A DNA stretch of 28,179 nucleotides, taken from a virus (lineage: Duplodnaviria > Caudoviricetes). Below are positions 9,485-18,147 of this stretch, piece after piece. The stretch lies in the IMG/VR virus record IMGVR_UViG_3300025848_000153, positions 1 to 28,179 of that record. One strand, 5' to 3'. A program made the translations under genes and the position numbers. Numbering within the stretch: the stretch's first letter is position 1; each line of letters begins with the position of its first letter. The notes beneath the pieces are model-generated. The model did not search any database. It saw only the letters and a program-made list of their open reading frames with translations, and had not been told where the DNA came from.

Positions 9485-10116
9485 TGACCATCTCGTATCC
9501 GCTATCGACTGCAAATTTTATCGACCTTCTCCCCCTCCCGGCTATCGTGCCAAAACTCGTTCCCCAACAGGAAATGAGCAATCAATCATCCGGCGCGGTT
9601 CTGGGTAAAGACCTTGGCCCGGAATTATGGATGGCGGACATCCAAACAACTGTAATGAACGACGACGATGCCGCGCGGGCGCAGGCGCTTATAGAAGCCT
9701 TGCAAGGGTCGCAGCAAACATTCTGGTGCTACAACACGAAGCGCCGCTATCCCAAGGCTGACCCGACTGGCTCGATTGTCGGCTCTAACACGGTCAAGAT
9801 TAAAGCTCTCTCTGGCTCATACGGGTTACAGCTAAAGGGTCTGCCTGCGTCTTACACGCTCACGGTTGGCGACATGATCTCCGTTGCGACTAGGTACGGC
9901 TACCACCGCGTCCTAGAAACCGTCACAAGCGACGGATCAGGCGACACGGCAACCTTTTCGGTTGCTTCCCGCATCCGCAACGGTGAGGCGGTCGATGATG
10001 TTGTGACGCTTAAAATTCCAACTTTTCTGGCCTGCATCGTACCAGGCTCGGTTGACATCCAGTCGGATGTTAAATTCACCCGCATATCTTTCAAAGCCTG
10101 TCAGGTTGTCCTGTAA
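9484..10116 (+). CDS. distal tail protein-like
   Basis: Immediately follows the tape measure gene, TAATG-coupled, MTISYPL start. Confidence 0.7.
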   Translation: MTISYPLSTANFIDLLPLPAIVPKLVPQQEMSNQSSGAVLGKDLGPELWMADIQTTVMNDDDAARAQALIEALQGSQQTFWCYNTKRRYPKADPTGSIVGSNTVKIKALSGSYGLQLKGLPASYTLTVGDMISVATRYGYHRVLETVTSDGSGDTATFSVASRIRNGEAVDDVVTLKIPTFLACIVPGSVDIQSDVKFTRISFKACQVVL

Positions 10117-10799
10117 TGCGCACCATAGACGCATCTATCGTAACCGCTCTTGCGCAGCGGCGTCTCGAGGCGCGCCAGCTATTCAGCATCGTAACCGTTG
10201 ATTCAGACGCGGCGTACTTTTGGGACGATATAGGATCAATCACCTGCAATGTGATCGACGGAATATCCGGGTCCACCGTATCGCGCACATTCACAGGCTC
10301 CGGGACGTTCATAACCTGTGACGATATTCCGCTCGTAAATGATATGTCTGTCCGATCTGTTCAGATCAGCCTTAACCAGACAAACGACACAATCGACACT
10401 TATGTTAGGACATACAATCTCAAGCGCGCCGCTGTAGAGGTTCACAGGGCAATTTTTGACCCTGATACGCATTCTATTGTTGCCAGCGCGATTCCGAGAT
10501 TTGTCGGGTTTGTTGACGGCTGCATCATCAACACGCCGACGCCTGATAATGCTGGCTCAGTGGTCCTCCGTTGCACATCGCATACGCGCGAACTTACGAG
10601 GCGCGGGACGGCGAAGCGCAGCGATGCTTCATGCCAGGCGAGGCATTCCGGGGACACCTTTTACCAATACACGAACATTGCTGGCGGATGGGAGCTTTTC
10701 TGGGGGCAGAATGGCGGCACGGTTTCCGGCGCTGCCGCATCTGCACCCCCAACCAGCGGCCCTGGAATACTGGCCTGGGTTCTTTCGAGGACGAAATGA
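10116..10799 (+). CDS. tail tip/hub protein
   Basis: Synteny; PRFVGFVD, KRSDA.CQ.R..GD.F.Y motifs. Confidence 0.7.
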   Translation: MRTIDASIVTALAQRRLEARQLFSIVTVDSDAAYFWDDIGSITCNVIDGISGSTVSRTFTGSGTFITCDDIPLVNDMSVRSVQISLNQTNDTIDTYVRTYNLKRAAVEVHRAIFDPDTHSIVASAIPRFVGFVDGCIINTPTPDNAGSVVLRCTSHTRELTRRGTAKRSDASCQARHSGDTFYQYTNIAGGWELFWGQNGGTVSGAAASAPPTSGPGILAWVLSRTK

Positions 10800-11209
10800 A
10801 GCGCAGATTCGATTGGAGGACGCGCCTATTCGCCGTCATCTCGGAAAACCGCAGGCGGGAATTTTGTTGGGGCGAATGGGATTGCGCGCGTTTCGCGGCG
10901 GCTTGCGTTGAGGCAATGACGGGTGAGGATTTCTTTGCGCCATATGCGGGCCAATATGACGACCCTCTATCTTCGGCCAAAGCCCTAATAGCTAACGGGC
11001 ACCGCGACCTTGTTAGCCTGGCGTCCGCACTTTTTACGGAATGCCATCCGTCGATGGCGAGGGTGGGGGATTTGGCGGCGATAGACTGCGGCGAAAACGC
11101 TTATGCGCTTGGCGTATTCTTGGGCGACCACATCGGCTGCATAACGCCAGGAGATGGCTATGGCATACTGCCGCGTGAAAACGCGGCTATGGCTTGGAGG
11201 ATTGGCTGA
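10796..11209 (+). CDS. NlpC/P60-like tail tip protein (DUF6950-like)
   Basis: DWRTRL, FCWGEWDCARFAA..VEAMTG, ARVGDL motifs; ATGA-coupled start at 10796. Confidence 0.8.
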   Translation: MKRRFDWRTRLFAVISENRRREFCWGEWDCARFAAACVEAMTGEDFFAPYAGQYDDPLSSAKALIANGHRDLVSLASALFTECHPSMARVGDLAAIDCGENAYALGVFLGDHIGCITPGDGYGILPRENAAMAWRIG

Positions 11210-13938
11210 TGCCGCCAGTCGTCGGCGCAATTGCGATTGCTGCTACAGCCGTCGCGAATGTCGCGATTCCTACCCTGTACGCGCTAGGCATTGGCGCGGC
11301 CACATCTGTAGCCATTGGGACTACGATTGGATACTTGGTAGTTGGCCTCGGCTTAGCATACGTACAACAAGCACTCTTTGGCGGCCCAAAGGGCGGCGGG
11401 TCCGCTGCAACTGGGGTACGCGGCTCGATTGCATCAGGCGGAACGGTGCCGCAGTCATTTATCTGCGGTCGCTATTGCACGGCAGGCAGCCTTGTATATG
11501 CGGGCGTCTGGGGCAAGGACGGTGATACCCCGAACGCTTATCTAACCTACGTCATCGCGCTTTCAGATTTGCAGGTCAGTGGCCTGGCCGGATTGTTCGT
11601 CAACGAAAAGCGCGCGACCTATAATACCGGCCTCACACCTGCAACGCAGGGATATCCGATTATCGAATATCGCGTCAGCGGCAAGGACCACCTGTGGGTT
11701 TCTTTCCATGACGGGTCGCAGACTGCCGTTGACTCTTTCCTAAGCACTAAATTCGGCTCCCACGCCAATTACCCGTATGACAGCGGCATGGTTGGCTATG
11801 GCCGCGCCTATGTGATCGTAACTGCCTTGGTCAATCAAAGCCTATTTAGCAGCTTCCCGAATTACAAATTCGAGGTTGACGGCGTAAAACTGTACGACCA
11901 GCGCAAGGACTCCACGGCAAGCGGGTCTGGCTCGCACCGCTTCGGCACGGCCTCAACTTACGAACTGACATCCAATCCGATGGTTGTCGCGCACAACATT
12001 CTTCGCGGCGTGTACTACAGCACCGACTGGTTTTACGGATTGCAGGATTTGAACGCAAACCGCTGTCCATCGACGCCCTGGTTTGCGGCCATGAATGAAT
12101 GCGATGTGGATGTGGATGATGCCGACGGAAACCCGGAGGATCAATTCCGCTGCGGCCTTGAAATCACCGTTGACACGCCACCGGCTGACATCATCGAGGA
12201 ACTGCTAAAATGCTGCAACGGGCGATTGGCTGAGGTCGGCGGCTCGTATAAACCCTATGTGGGGGCGGCTGGATCATCAATCTACAGCTTTACCGATGGC
12301 GATGTCATCATTTCGCAGCCGCAAACATTTGACATGTTCCCCGGCGAGGACAAGCTCGCGAACGGAATCGCGGCGGTCTATCCAGAACCGGATGAAGGAT
12401 GGGGGACGCGCGACGCTCCCCTACGGACAGACGCCGCACTTGTAACAGAGGACGATGGCCGCGAGCTTATTGCCAACGTCAATTACGCGGCGGTCCCATA
12501 TAAGTCGCAGGTTCAGCGGTTGCAGACTTCCGCGCTTTACGAAGCCCGCAAATTCCGCCGCCACACGTTAGTACTTCCTCCATCGGCCTATAAGCTGGAG
12601 CCGAACGATTACATCGAATGGACCAGCACCAAGAACGGTTACATTTCCAAGCTGTTCCGTGTCGATGCCGTGACCGATAACCGCAATCTCGATGTACCTG
12701 TTGTCATATCCGAGGTTGACCCTGCCGACTATGATTTCGATACGATTTCCGATTATCTCGCGCAGACAAGTCAGACGGTCGCAAGCGGCGACCTGCCAGA
12801 CCCGCTTGACGCTCCCACGGGGCTTGCGTTCACGCAGGCGAGCGGATCAATCACGCTGACATGGGACGCCCTCGTTTCACCGCTTCTGTCGGGGTATGAC
12901 GTTTTAGTTGCAGACCAAGGCGATGTCATCGGCAACGCCACGTATTTGGATCGCGACCGAAAGGCGCGCGACTTTACTACCGCCGCCCTCTCCGCTGGCG
13001 ACTACACGGTATTCGTTCGCGGGGTTGACGTTTACGGCCAAGCCGGGACTGCCGCCGATTTAGATGTGACGGTGGCAACGGTTGTCGGCGGGGCTGTTGT
13101 GACCAATTTTTATTCAGTCCTGAGTGAATTGAGCCTCACCACTAATCTAAAGCTGTGCCTCGATTTTGGTGATGCGAATTGCTACTCCGGCAGCGGTCAA
13201 ACAATCTATGACCTGACCGCGAACGATACGGATTTCTACAACGGATCAGGCTCGGGATCGGACAGCGCGGACGGAGCCTTCAACGGAAGCGCTGGCTCTT
13301 TGAGTGCTGATACTTACTTCTCATTCAGCGATGCGGACTATATGACGCTTATTGCGTCAAATCCGACATGGGTTGAGAACCTGCACAAATCAGGCACCAA
13401 GGGAACAGTGATGGCGCTGTTCTATTATCCGGGCTGGACGGCGGACGGCATTTTTAGCCTTGTCTCAACTATGAATGACCATTACGGGGTCACGTCAACG
13501 AACGGAATTGATGTGAGTATATACGTCGCCAAAGACGATCCAAACAACGCGGTGTTCAGACTTCAGCTTATGGTGATGTCTAACAACGCAATTTATATTC
13601 AGAAGTCTATTGGCTTTGGGCAGTATGACGACACGCCGCCGCCCGGATGGTATTTTGTGGGCGTTTCATGGGATGACGGCGCGGCCAAGGTTTCCATGAT
13701 TGCCAGTCTTGGGGCGGCTTCTTGGTATGGTGCCGTTTCTGTTGGAACCGCTGGAACAAACTCGGCGGCCAAATCTTTGACGCTTATGGATGCGGCGGTT
13801 GCGACTGATAGCTTCACGGAGACTGGAACGCGCGCTGAATTGTTCTCCATTCATCAGGGAACGGCGCTTTCGGTTTCTCAGATGCAACAGGTATATGAAC
13901 GCCTGAAAATCAATCGCCCGGTTTTTGGCCTAGCCTGA
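11209..13938 (+). CDS. central tail fibre / host-specificity protein with Fn3 and C-terminal LamG/ConA-like domain
   Basis: GVKLYDQRKDST, NP.V.AHNILRG, LEPNDYI (gpJ-like); APTGLAFT..ITLTW (Fn3); LKLCLDFGDANCYSGSGQTIYDLT (LamG-like); TGATG-coupled start. Confidence 0.85.
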   Translation: MPPVVGAIAIAATAVANVAIPTLYALGIGAATSVAIGTTIGYLVVGLGLAYVQQALFGGPKGGGSAATGVRGSIASGGTVPQSFICGRYCTAGSLVYAGVWGKDGDTPNAYLTYVIALSDLQVSGLAGLFVNEKRATYNTGLTPATQGYPIIEYRVSGKDHLWVSFHDGSQTAVDSFLSTKFGSHANYPYDSGMVGYGRAYVIVTALVNQSLFSSFPNYKFEVDGVKLYDQRKDSTASGSGSHRFGTASTYELTSNPMVVAHNILRGVYYSTDWFYGLQDLNANRCPSTPWFAAMNECDVDVDDADGNPEDQFRCGLEITVDTPPADIIEELLKCCNGRLAEVGGSYKPYVGAAGSSIYSFTDGDVIISQPQTFDMFPGEDKLANGIAAVYPEPDEGWGTRDAPLRTDAALVTEDDGRELIANVNYAAVPYKSQVQRLQTSALYEARKFRRHTLVLPPSAYKLEPNDYIEWTSTKNGYISKLFRVDAVTDNRNLDVPVVISEVDPADYDFDTISDYLAQTSQTVASGDLPDPLDAPTGLAFTQASGSITLTWDALVSPLLSGYDVLVADQGDVIGNATYLDRDRKARDFTTAALSAGDYTVFVRGVDVYGQAGTAADLDVTVATVVGGAVVTNFYSVLSELSLTTNLKLCLDFGDANCYSGSGQTIYDLTANDTDFYNGSGSGSDSADGAFNGSAGSLSADTYFSFSDADYMTLIASNPTWVENLHKSGTKGTVMALFYYPGWTADGIFSLVSTMNDHYGVTSTNGIDVSIYVAKDDPNNAVFRLQLMVMSNNAIYIQKSIGFGQYDDTPPPGWYFVGVSWDDGAAKVSMIASLGAASWYGAVSVGTAGTNSAAKSLTLMDAAVATDSFTETGTRAELFSIHQGTALSVSQMQQVYERLKINRPVFGLA

Positions 13939-14339
13939 TGACATTCGCCATGCACATTGCCGCGCGGACCTTATGGGGCGAGGCGCGCGGTGAGGGTGAG
14001 GACGGGCAAAGGGCGGTTGCGCATGTCTTTGTCAATCGCGTCAGGGACGGGCGATGGGGCAAAACCCTAGCCACCGTTTGCATGTGGCCCTATCAGTTTT
14101 CTTGCTGGCATCCCAAAGACCCAAATCTGCGCCAGATGATCGCGCTCGATGACGCAGACGCAAAGCTAATCACGTTTGCAAACTACATTGCCGAGGCTGG
14201 AGCGGGGATACACAAAGACCCGACCGGCGGCGCTACTCATTATTATTCTGACATTATGCCAACGGCACCAGCCTGGGTGAACGGCGCTACTTTCACGGCA
14301 AAGATAGGCAGGCACAGATTTTACCGCGACGTTAGATAG
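13938..14339 (+). CDS. endolysin, SleB/Hydrolase_2 cell wall hydrolase
   Basis: ARTLWGEARGE, AVAHV.VNR, YQFSCW, DPTGGATHYY, IGRHRFY motifs. Confidence 0.92.
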   Translation: MTFAMHIAARTLWGEARGEGEDGQRAVAHVFVNRVRDGRWGKTLATVCMWPYQFSCWHPKDPNLRQMIALDDADAKLITFANYIAEAGAGIHKDPTGGATHYYSDIMPTAPAWVNGATFTAKIGRHRFYRDVR

Positions 14340-14348
14340 GAGACTGAG

Positions 14349-14525
14349 ATGGTATTGATTAACGATAAGATTGACGGAATTGTTCGCCACGTTATCTCCT
14401 TTGGCGCTGGATTCCTTGTCAGCGGCGGCTATATCACCGCCGACAGTGTTGCCGGTTTTGTCACCGCGATTATGACCGTCGCGACCGTCATCTGGTCGAT
14501 TGCCGCAAAAAAGAAGGCGGCCTGA
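14349..14525 (+). CDS. holin (58 aa, two TM helices; missing from the ORF track)
   Basis: MVLINDKIDGIVRHVISFGAGFLVSGGYITADSVAGFVTAIMTVATVIWSIAAKKKAA; RBS AGGAG; basic C-tail; lies between lysin and spanins. Confidence 0.8.
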   Translation: MVLINDKIDGIVRHVISFGAGFLVSGGYITADSVAGFVTAIMTVATVIWSIAAKKKAA

Positions 14526-14734
14526 TGTACCCCGGATTTATCCTCGCTGGCGTGGCCTTTGCTTTGCTGGCGGGGATGATCTGGTTCGCGAGAAAGGCGG
14601 GATCAGATGCCGTTGAAAAAGCCATTGGCGAAAGAAACAACCAGGCAGCCGAGCGAATTTCGGACGCACAGTCTCGCGCTCCTGCTACCCGCGCTGATCT
14701 TGTTAAGAGGCTGCGCGACGGCGGGGGACTGTAA
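14525..14734 (+). CDS. i-spanin (Rz-like)
   Basis: N-terminal TM segment followed by a helical domain; follows the holin. Confidence 0.7.
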   Translation: MYPGFILAGVAFALLAGMIWFARKAGSDAVEKAIGERNNQAAERISDAQSRAPATRADLVKRLRDGGGL

Positions 14735-14888
14735 CCTAATACCGCTCAAAGAATACGACGCGGCATACACCGAAGAAATAACAAGAGAGCTAGAGCGGGC
14801 CGCGCCGGATGCGGCCTGGCCCATGTTCGCTGCTGACAGCGTGGCGCTGCGAGATGCCGTGCGAGCCTGCAAGGGCGTTAAGCGTTGA
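14607..14888 (+). CDS. o-spanin (Rz1-like lipoprotein), overlapping
   Basis: Hydrophobic stretch ending in lipobox LRGC; +1 frame overlapping the i-spanin. Confidence 0.7.
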   Translation: MPLKKPLAKETTRQPSEFRTHSLALLLPALILLRGCATAGDCNLIPLKEYDAAYTEEITRELERAAPDAAWPMFAADSVALRDAVRACKGVKR

Positions 14889-14913
14889 TCGGCTATCTAT
14901 AAAGGGTGCTGTC

Positions 14914-15273
14914 ATGGCGAATTACACACTAAAGCATATCGGAGTCGTAACGGGTGCAGTCGCGGGCGTCATTATGTTGGGCGCTTTTGCAATCCCATTT
15001 ATGGCATCTGACGCACCGCCCTGGGCCAGTCGCGCCCGCGTCATCGAAGATCACGAGGCGCTAAAGCGATTTATCACAAACGCCAAAAACGAACTTAAAT
15101 CCGACGCATATTTCAACCGCGCGCAGACATTCCAGCGCGAGAGATGCAGGGCGTTGAAGGAAGGCAACAGCAGCCTGGCCGCAAGCCTGTCAGATCAACT
15201 ATCCGACGCGCAGCGGATATACATGCAGCTATCGGGAGACTTGATACCGCTTCCTTCATGCAGTGAGCTGTAG
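14914..15273 (+). CDS. membrane-anchored hypothetical protein
   Basis: N-terminal TM segment IGVVTGAVAGVIMLGAFAIPF; two Cys in the C-terminal half. Confidence 0.6.
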   Translation: MANYTLKHIGVVTGAVAGVIMLGAFAIPFMASDAPPWASRARVIEDHEALKRFITNAKNELKSDAYFNRAQTFQRERCRALKEGNSSLAASLSDQLSDAQRIYMQLSGDLIPLPSCSEL

Positions 15274-15276
15274 CTC

Positions 15277-16407
15277 ATGCCGATCCCGAAGCCGCCGCTC
15301 GACAAGTTGCAGCGGTGTGCGGATGAGATTGCTATTGCCTGCGGCAACCTCTCGCAAGCTGCGGTCGCGCTAGGCGTCACGCGCTCCACAGCGCAGCATT
15401 GGCGAAAGCTCTGCGCCGAATACGGCATAGAGCCGAAGGTAAAGGCCCAGACGCCAGAACAAATGCGGGCGCGCATACAGGTCTTGGAAAGAGACCTCGC
15501 CGCGCTCAAGGCGCAGCCGCCATCCCCAGAATATAAACTCCCACCCGTGAAAGATCGGCCAAAAGATCGGCCAAATCGTGATGCCGCCCAAGTCCGCAGG
15601 CATTTCTACATCCCCGACACCCAAGTCAGGCCCGGTGTCCCACTCGATCATATCGGCTGGGTCGCGCAGGCTCTTGTGGATTATGCGCCGGACGAGATTT
15701 GCCATCTGGGCGATCACTGGGACTTCCCTAGCCTCAACTCTCACGTACAGCCCGGAGCAGCCCCGCTAGAGGGCGCTCGCTACCAAGACGATCTGGAAGC
15801 CGGAAACGCTGCATTTGCGCGCTTATGCGCACCTATGGAGGCCCAGCTTGCTCTTAAGGGCAACAAGTGGAAGCCGCGCAAGCGGTTTCTGGCCGGGAAC
15901 CATGAGGACCGCGCAGACCGCGTGGCAACGAATGATCCGCGATGGATGGGCCACGTCGGCTCCAATAATTGTCAGGTGCGGGATTGGGAATGGGTGCCGT
16001 TTCTCAAGCGGTCCAATGCCGATGGCATCATGGCTTCCCACTACTTTGCCTCGCAGCACTCCAAGTTTCCAGTCGGCGGCGAAGTCTCAAACCGCCTTAA
16101 CAAGATCGGCCAAAGTTTTATCCAGGGCCATGAGCAGGGCTTCCGCTACGGAAACAAGGTTCTTGGAAACGGCCAGACGATACACGGCATTGTGGCCGGA
16201 AGTTGTTACCTCCACATTGAGGATTATCGCGGCAGGCAGAACCAACGCCATTGGCGCGGAATTGTCGTCCTAAACGAAGTCGAAAACGGCGACCTATGCA
16301 TCATGCCGTTATCGCTCAAATACCTATGCCGCAAATACGAGGGCGTCGATCTCTACGCCTACATGTCAAAAAAATATCCCGATGGCGATTGGGAGCACCT
16401 GATATGA
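15277..16407 (+). CDS. calcineurin-like metallophosphoesterase with N-terminal HTH/coiled coil
   Basis: IPDTQ, LGDHWD, AGNHE, SHY, QGHEQ motifs; LSQAAVALGVTRSTAQHW HTH. Confidence 0.85.
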   Translation: MPIPKPPLDKLQRCADEIAIACGNLSQAAVALGVTRSTAQHWRKLCAEYGIEPKVKAQTPEQMRARIQVLERDLAALKAQPPSPEYKLPPVKDRPKDRPNRDAAQVRRHFYIPDTQVRPGVPLDHIGWVAQALVDYAPDEICHLGDHWDFPSLNSHVQPGAAPLEGARYQDDLEAGNAAFARLCAPMEAQLALKGNKWKPRKRFLAGNHEDRADRVATNDPRWMGHVGSNNCQVRDWEWVPFLKRSNADGIMASHYFASQHSKFPVGGEVSNRLNKIGQSFIQGHEQGFRYGNKVLGNGQTIHGIVAGSCYLHIEDYRGRQNQRHWRGIVVLNEVENGDLCIMPLSLKYLCRKYEGVDLYAYMSKKYPDGDWEHLI

Positions 16408-16754
16408 CGCTGCACGTGACCAAGCCCATGCTGGCCGCGTCTTATGCGCTTTTGCAAACGTCCAAGCCGTTCTCTGGCTGGCGATTGCCGCCGCAGGATG
16501 AGGTGAGGTTCACCGTCTCAGAAAGCAAAGATCGGCGAGGGGAATACGTCTGCGACGGGGCTGACCATCATATCTACATCAGCGCAAAGCTGGTCGGCTC
16601 GTTCCATGAGCTTCTGACCACGATGGCGCATGAGATGTGTCACTTGCGCCAGGAAATCGCCCACCCAAACGACAAGGCGCACCACGGCGCAAGATTCCAC
16701 AAATACGCGGATCAGGTCTGCAAGGCCCATGGATTCGACAGGAAGGCGTTTTAA
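16404..16754 (+). CDS. SprT-like zinc metalloprotease-domain protein
   Basis: TMAHEMCHL...HHGARF motifs; ATGA-coupled start. Confidence 0.75.
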   Translation: MTLHVTKPMLAASYALLQTSKPFSGWRLPPQDEVRFTVSESKDRRGEYVCDGADHHIYISAKLVGSFHELLTTMAHEMCHLRQEIAHPNDKAHHGARFHKYADQVCKAHGFDRKAF

Positions 16755-17074
16755 TGAACCTCGACAACGCCCGCGCTGCTAAAATCCTAGAAGCCGCAGC
16801 AGCAGCCGTCAGCGGCCCCAGATCGGAAACCCACGGATCAATCCGTATCCAGCACGAAGCCGCAGCGGAGCTGTGGGGTACGTACCTCGGACTGCGGACG
16901 CGGCACGGCAGGGGCTCGCCACTCGATGCTCGCGACGTATGCGTGATGATGATGCTTCTAAAGCTATCCCGTACGATCTGCGGCGACGGCAAGGAAACAG
17001 ATCATTGGCTTGACATGGCTGGCTACGCGGCTGGCGCGGCATCCTGCATCGCGGGAGCGGAAGAATGTTTATAG
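16754..17074 (+). CDS. DUF6378-like phage protein
   Basis: ILEAA...V.GPR...HG, A.LW..YL, DV..MM.LLKLSR, DHWLDMAGYA motifs. Confidence 0.8.
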   Translation: MNLDNARAAKILEAAAAAVSGPRSETHGSIRIQHEAAAELWGTYLGLRTRHGRGSPLDARDVCVMMMLLKLSRTICGDGKETDHWLDMAGYAAGAASCIAGAEECL

Positions 17075-17274
17075 TCGTCGCGTTTATGCTGGTAGCCGGG
17101 CAGGGATATTTCTGGATATCAGCGACCTACAACGACCGGCAGGAATGTGACCGCGTGGCCGGGGCCGTCATGGAAGAAATGCGGACAAACCATCCCGAAG
17201 GATTGCAGACGGCGGCCTCGCAATGCGTTCCGGTTCCGGCGCATGTGCCGCAGAAGGATGAAGCGGCTAACTGA
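17065..17274 (+). CDS. small exported/membrane hypothetical protein
   Basis: Hydrophobic N-terminus, two Cys, GGAG RBS. Confidence 0.55.
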   Translation: MFIVVAFMLVAGQGYFWISATYNDRQECDRVAGAVMEEMRTNHPEGLQTAASQCVPVPAHVPQKDEAAN

Positions 17275-17295
17275 TCGGCGTCCTTTGTAATCGGA

Positions 17296-17403
17296 TGTGA
17301 GCGGGCCGGGCTTGAGTACCGACTAGCGGAGCCAGTGCATAGGAGGGTTGCTCCAAACCTCAGCTACACAAAGTCTGCGTGTCCATCCACGCCGCCACTC
17401 ACA
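17296..17403 (-). ncRNA. tRNA-shaped non-coding RNA with extended central arm
   Basis: Closing stem TGTGAGTGG/CCGCTCACA, D-like arm GCGTG-GATGGA-CACGC, long central hairpin, T-like arm GTCGG-TACTCAAGC-CCGGC; promoter 6 nt upstream; no encoded CCA. Confidence 0.65.
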
Positions 17404-17409
17404 AGAAGC

Positions 17410-17461
17410 CTTATACTCCTGCTCATTAGGGTTTGCAAGTCCACGCGTGTTGTGGTATTGA
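17410..17461. promoter_or_regulatory. bidirectional sigma70-type promoter sharing a palindromic -35
   Basis: TTGCAA (17433-17438) lies 17 bp from TATAAG on the - strand (17415-17410) and 17 bp from TATTGA on the + strand (17456-17461). Confidence 0.65.
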
Positions 17462-17467
17462 GCAATC

Positions 17468-18043
17468 ATGAAAAAAGGCGCGGTTAGAAATCTGCCGAAG
17501 CATCCCATCGAGACGCAAAAGCTCGCGCTGGCCGAATTTGGGATTCCAGCCAAGGACATATGGGTTATCGGTGATGGCGCGAACGATGCGACGACCGAGG
17601 ACTTGCTTCGTGCGTTCCGCCGCCCCGGCGACCTGTACCTTGCCGCCGATCTGCGCGTCATCGGCCAGAACCGGAAGCAAATCCTGGGGATAACCGACGA
17701 GCTTGAGAAGCGTGGCGTGAAGCTCCACGACATCGCGCACCCGGAAGATGGCGACCGCCTATCCAAGATGCTCGAACGCGCGCTGGCGAAGATTGCCGAG
17801 TGGGCGCGGTGGAAGGGCAGCAAGGCAACTGCGAAGGCTACGGGGCGGCGCGGTGGCTTGGCGAAGGCGACGGCAGCGGAAGCGATCCGCGCGTCTGTCT
17901 GCCCGCCAGAAGTCATCAAACGCCTGTGCGCGCATCCCAAGCTATCATGGCAGGACTGCGCCGACATTCTCGGCCCGCCGTTCAACGTCTCGAACCTGCG
18001 GCGGCACTATGGTCCGCCTGCGCGTAAGCAGAAGAAAAAGTGA
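17468..18043 (+). CDS. resolvase/invertase-fold protein lacking catalytic residues, with C-terminal HTH
   Basis: By-eye alignment to gamma-delta resolvase: GAVRNL (vs GYARVS), Q..AL...G, GDLYLAADLRVIGQ (vs GDVILVKKLDRLGR), RGVKL; HTH LSWQDCADILG..VSNLRRH. Confidence 0.65.
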   Translation: MKKGAVRNLPKHPIETQKLALAEFGIPAKDIWVIGDGANDATTEDLLRAFRRPGDLYLAADLRVIGQNRKQILGITDELEKRGVKLHDIAHPEDGDRLSKMLERALAKIAEWARWKGSKATAKATGRRGGLAKATAAEAIRASVCPPEVIKRLCAHPKLSWQDCADILGPPFNVSNLRRHYGPPARKQKKK

Positions 18044-18054
18044 AGGAGCGCAGC

Positions 18055-18138
18055 ATGGAACGCCGATCAGTCCGAATGTCGTTTCGTGGCGAACTCATGT
18101 CCTCCGTGTCCCGAGCCGCCATTCAACGATTCCAGTAA
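18055..18138 (+). CDS. 27-aa micro-ORF (MERRSVRMSFRGELMSSVSRAAIQRFQ)
   Basis: Strong RBS AAGGAG; stop overlaps the RBS of the methyltransferase gene. Confidence 0.4.
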   Translation: MERRSVRMSFRGELMSSVSRAAIQRFQ

Positions 18139-18147
18139 GGAGCATAC

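Larger units (their letters stand above)
17270..18071. repeat. 12-bp perfect inverted repeats bounding the ncRNA + recombinase-like cassette
   Basis: ACTGATCGGCGT at 17270-17281 and its reverse complement ACGCCGATCAGT at 18060-18071. Confidence 0.6.

Noticed and set aside
11209-13938. Diversity-generating retroelement or invertible tail-fibre cassette
   Set aside because: No reverse transcriptase, no template/variable repeat pair and no alternative fibre ends seen in the window
17323-17985. 220-aa minus-strand ORF
   Set aside because: Shadow of the resolvase-like gene that runs through the promoter and structured RNA; no motifs
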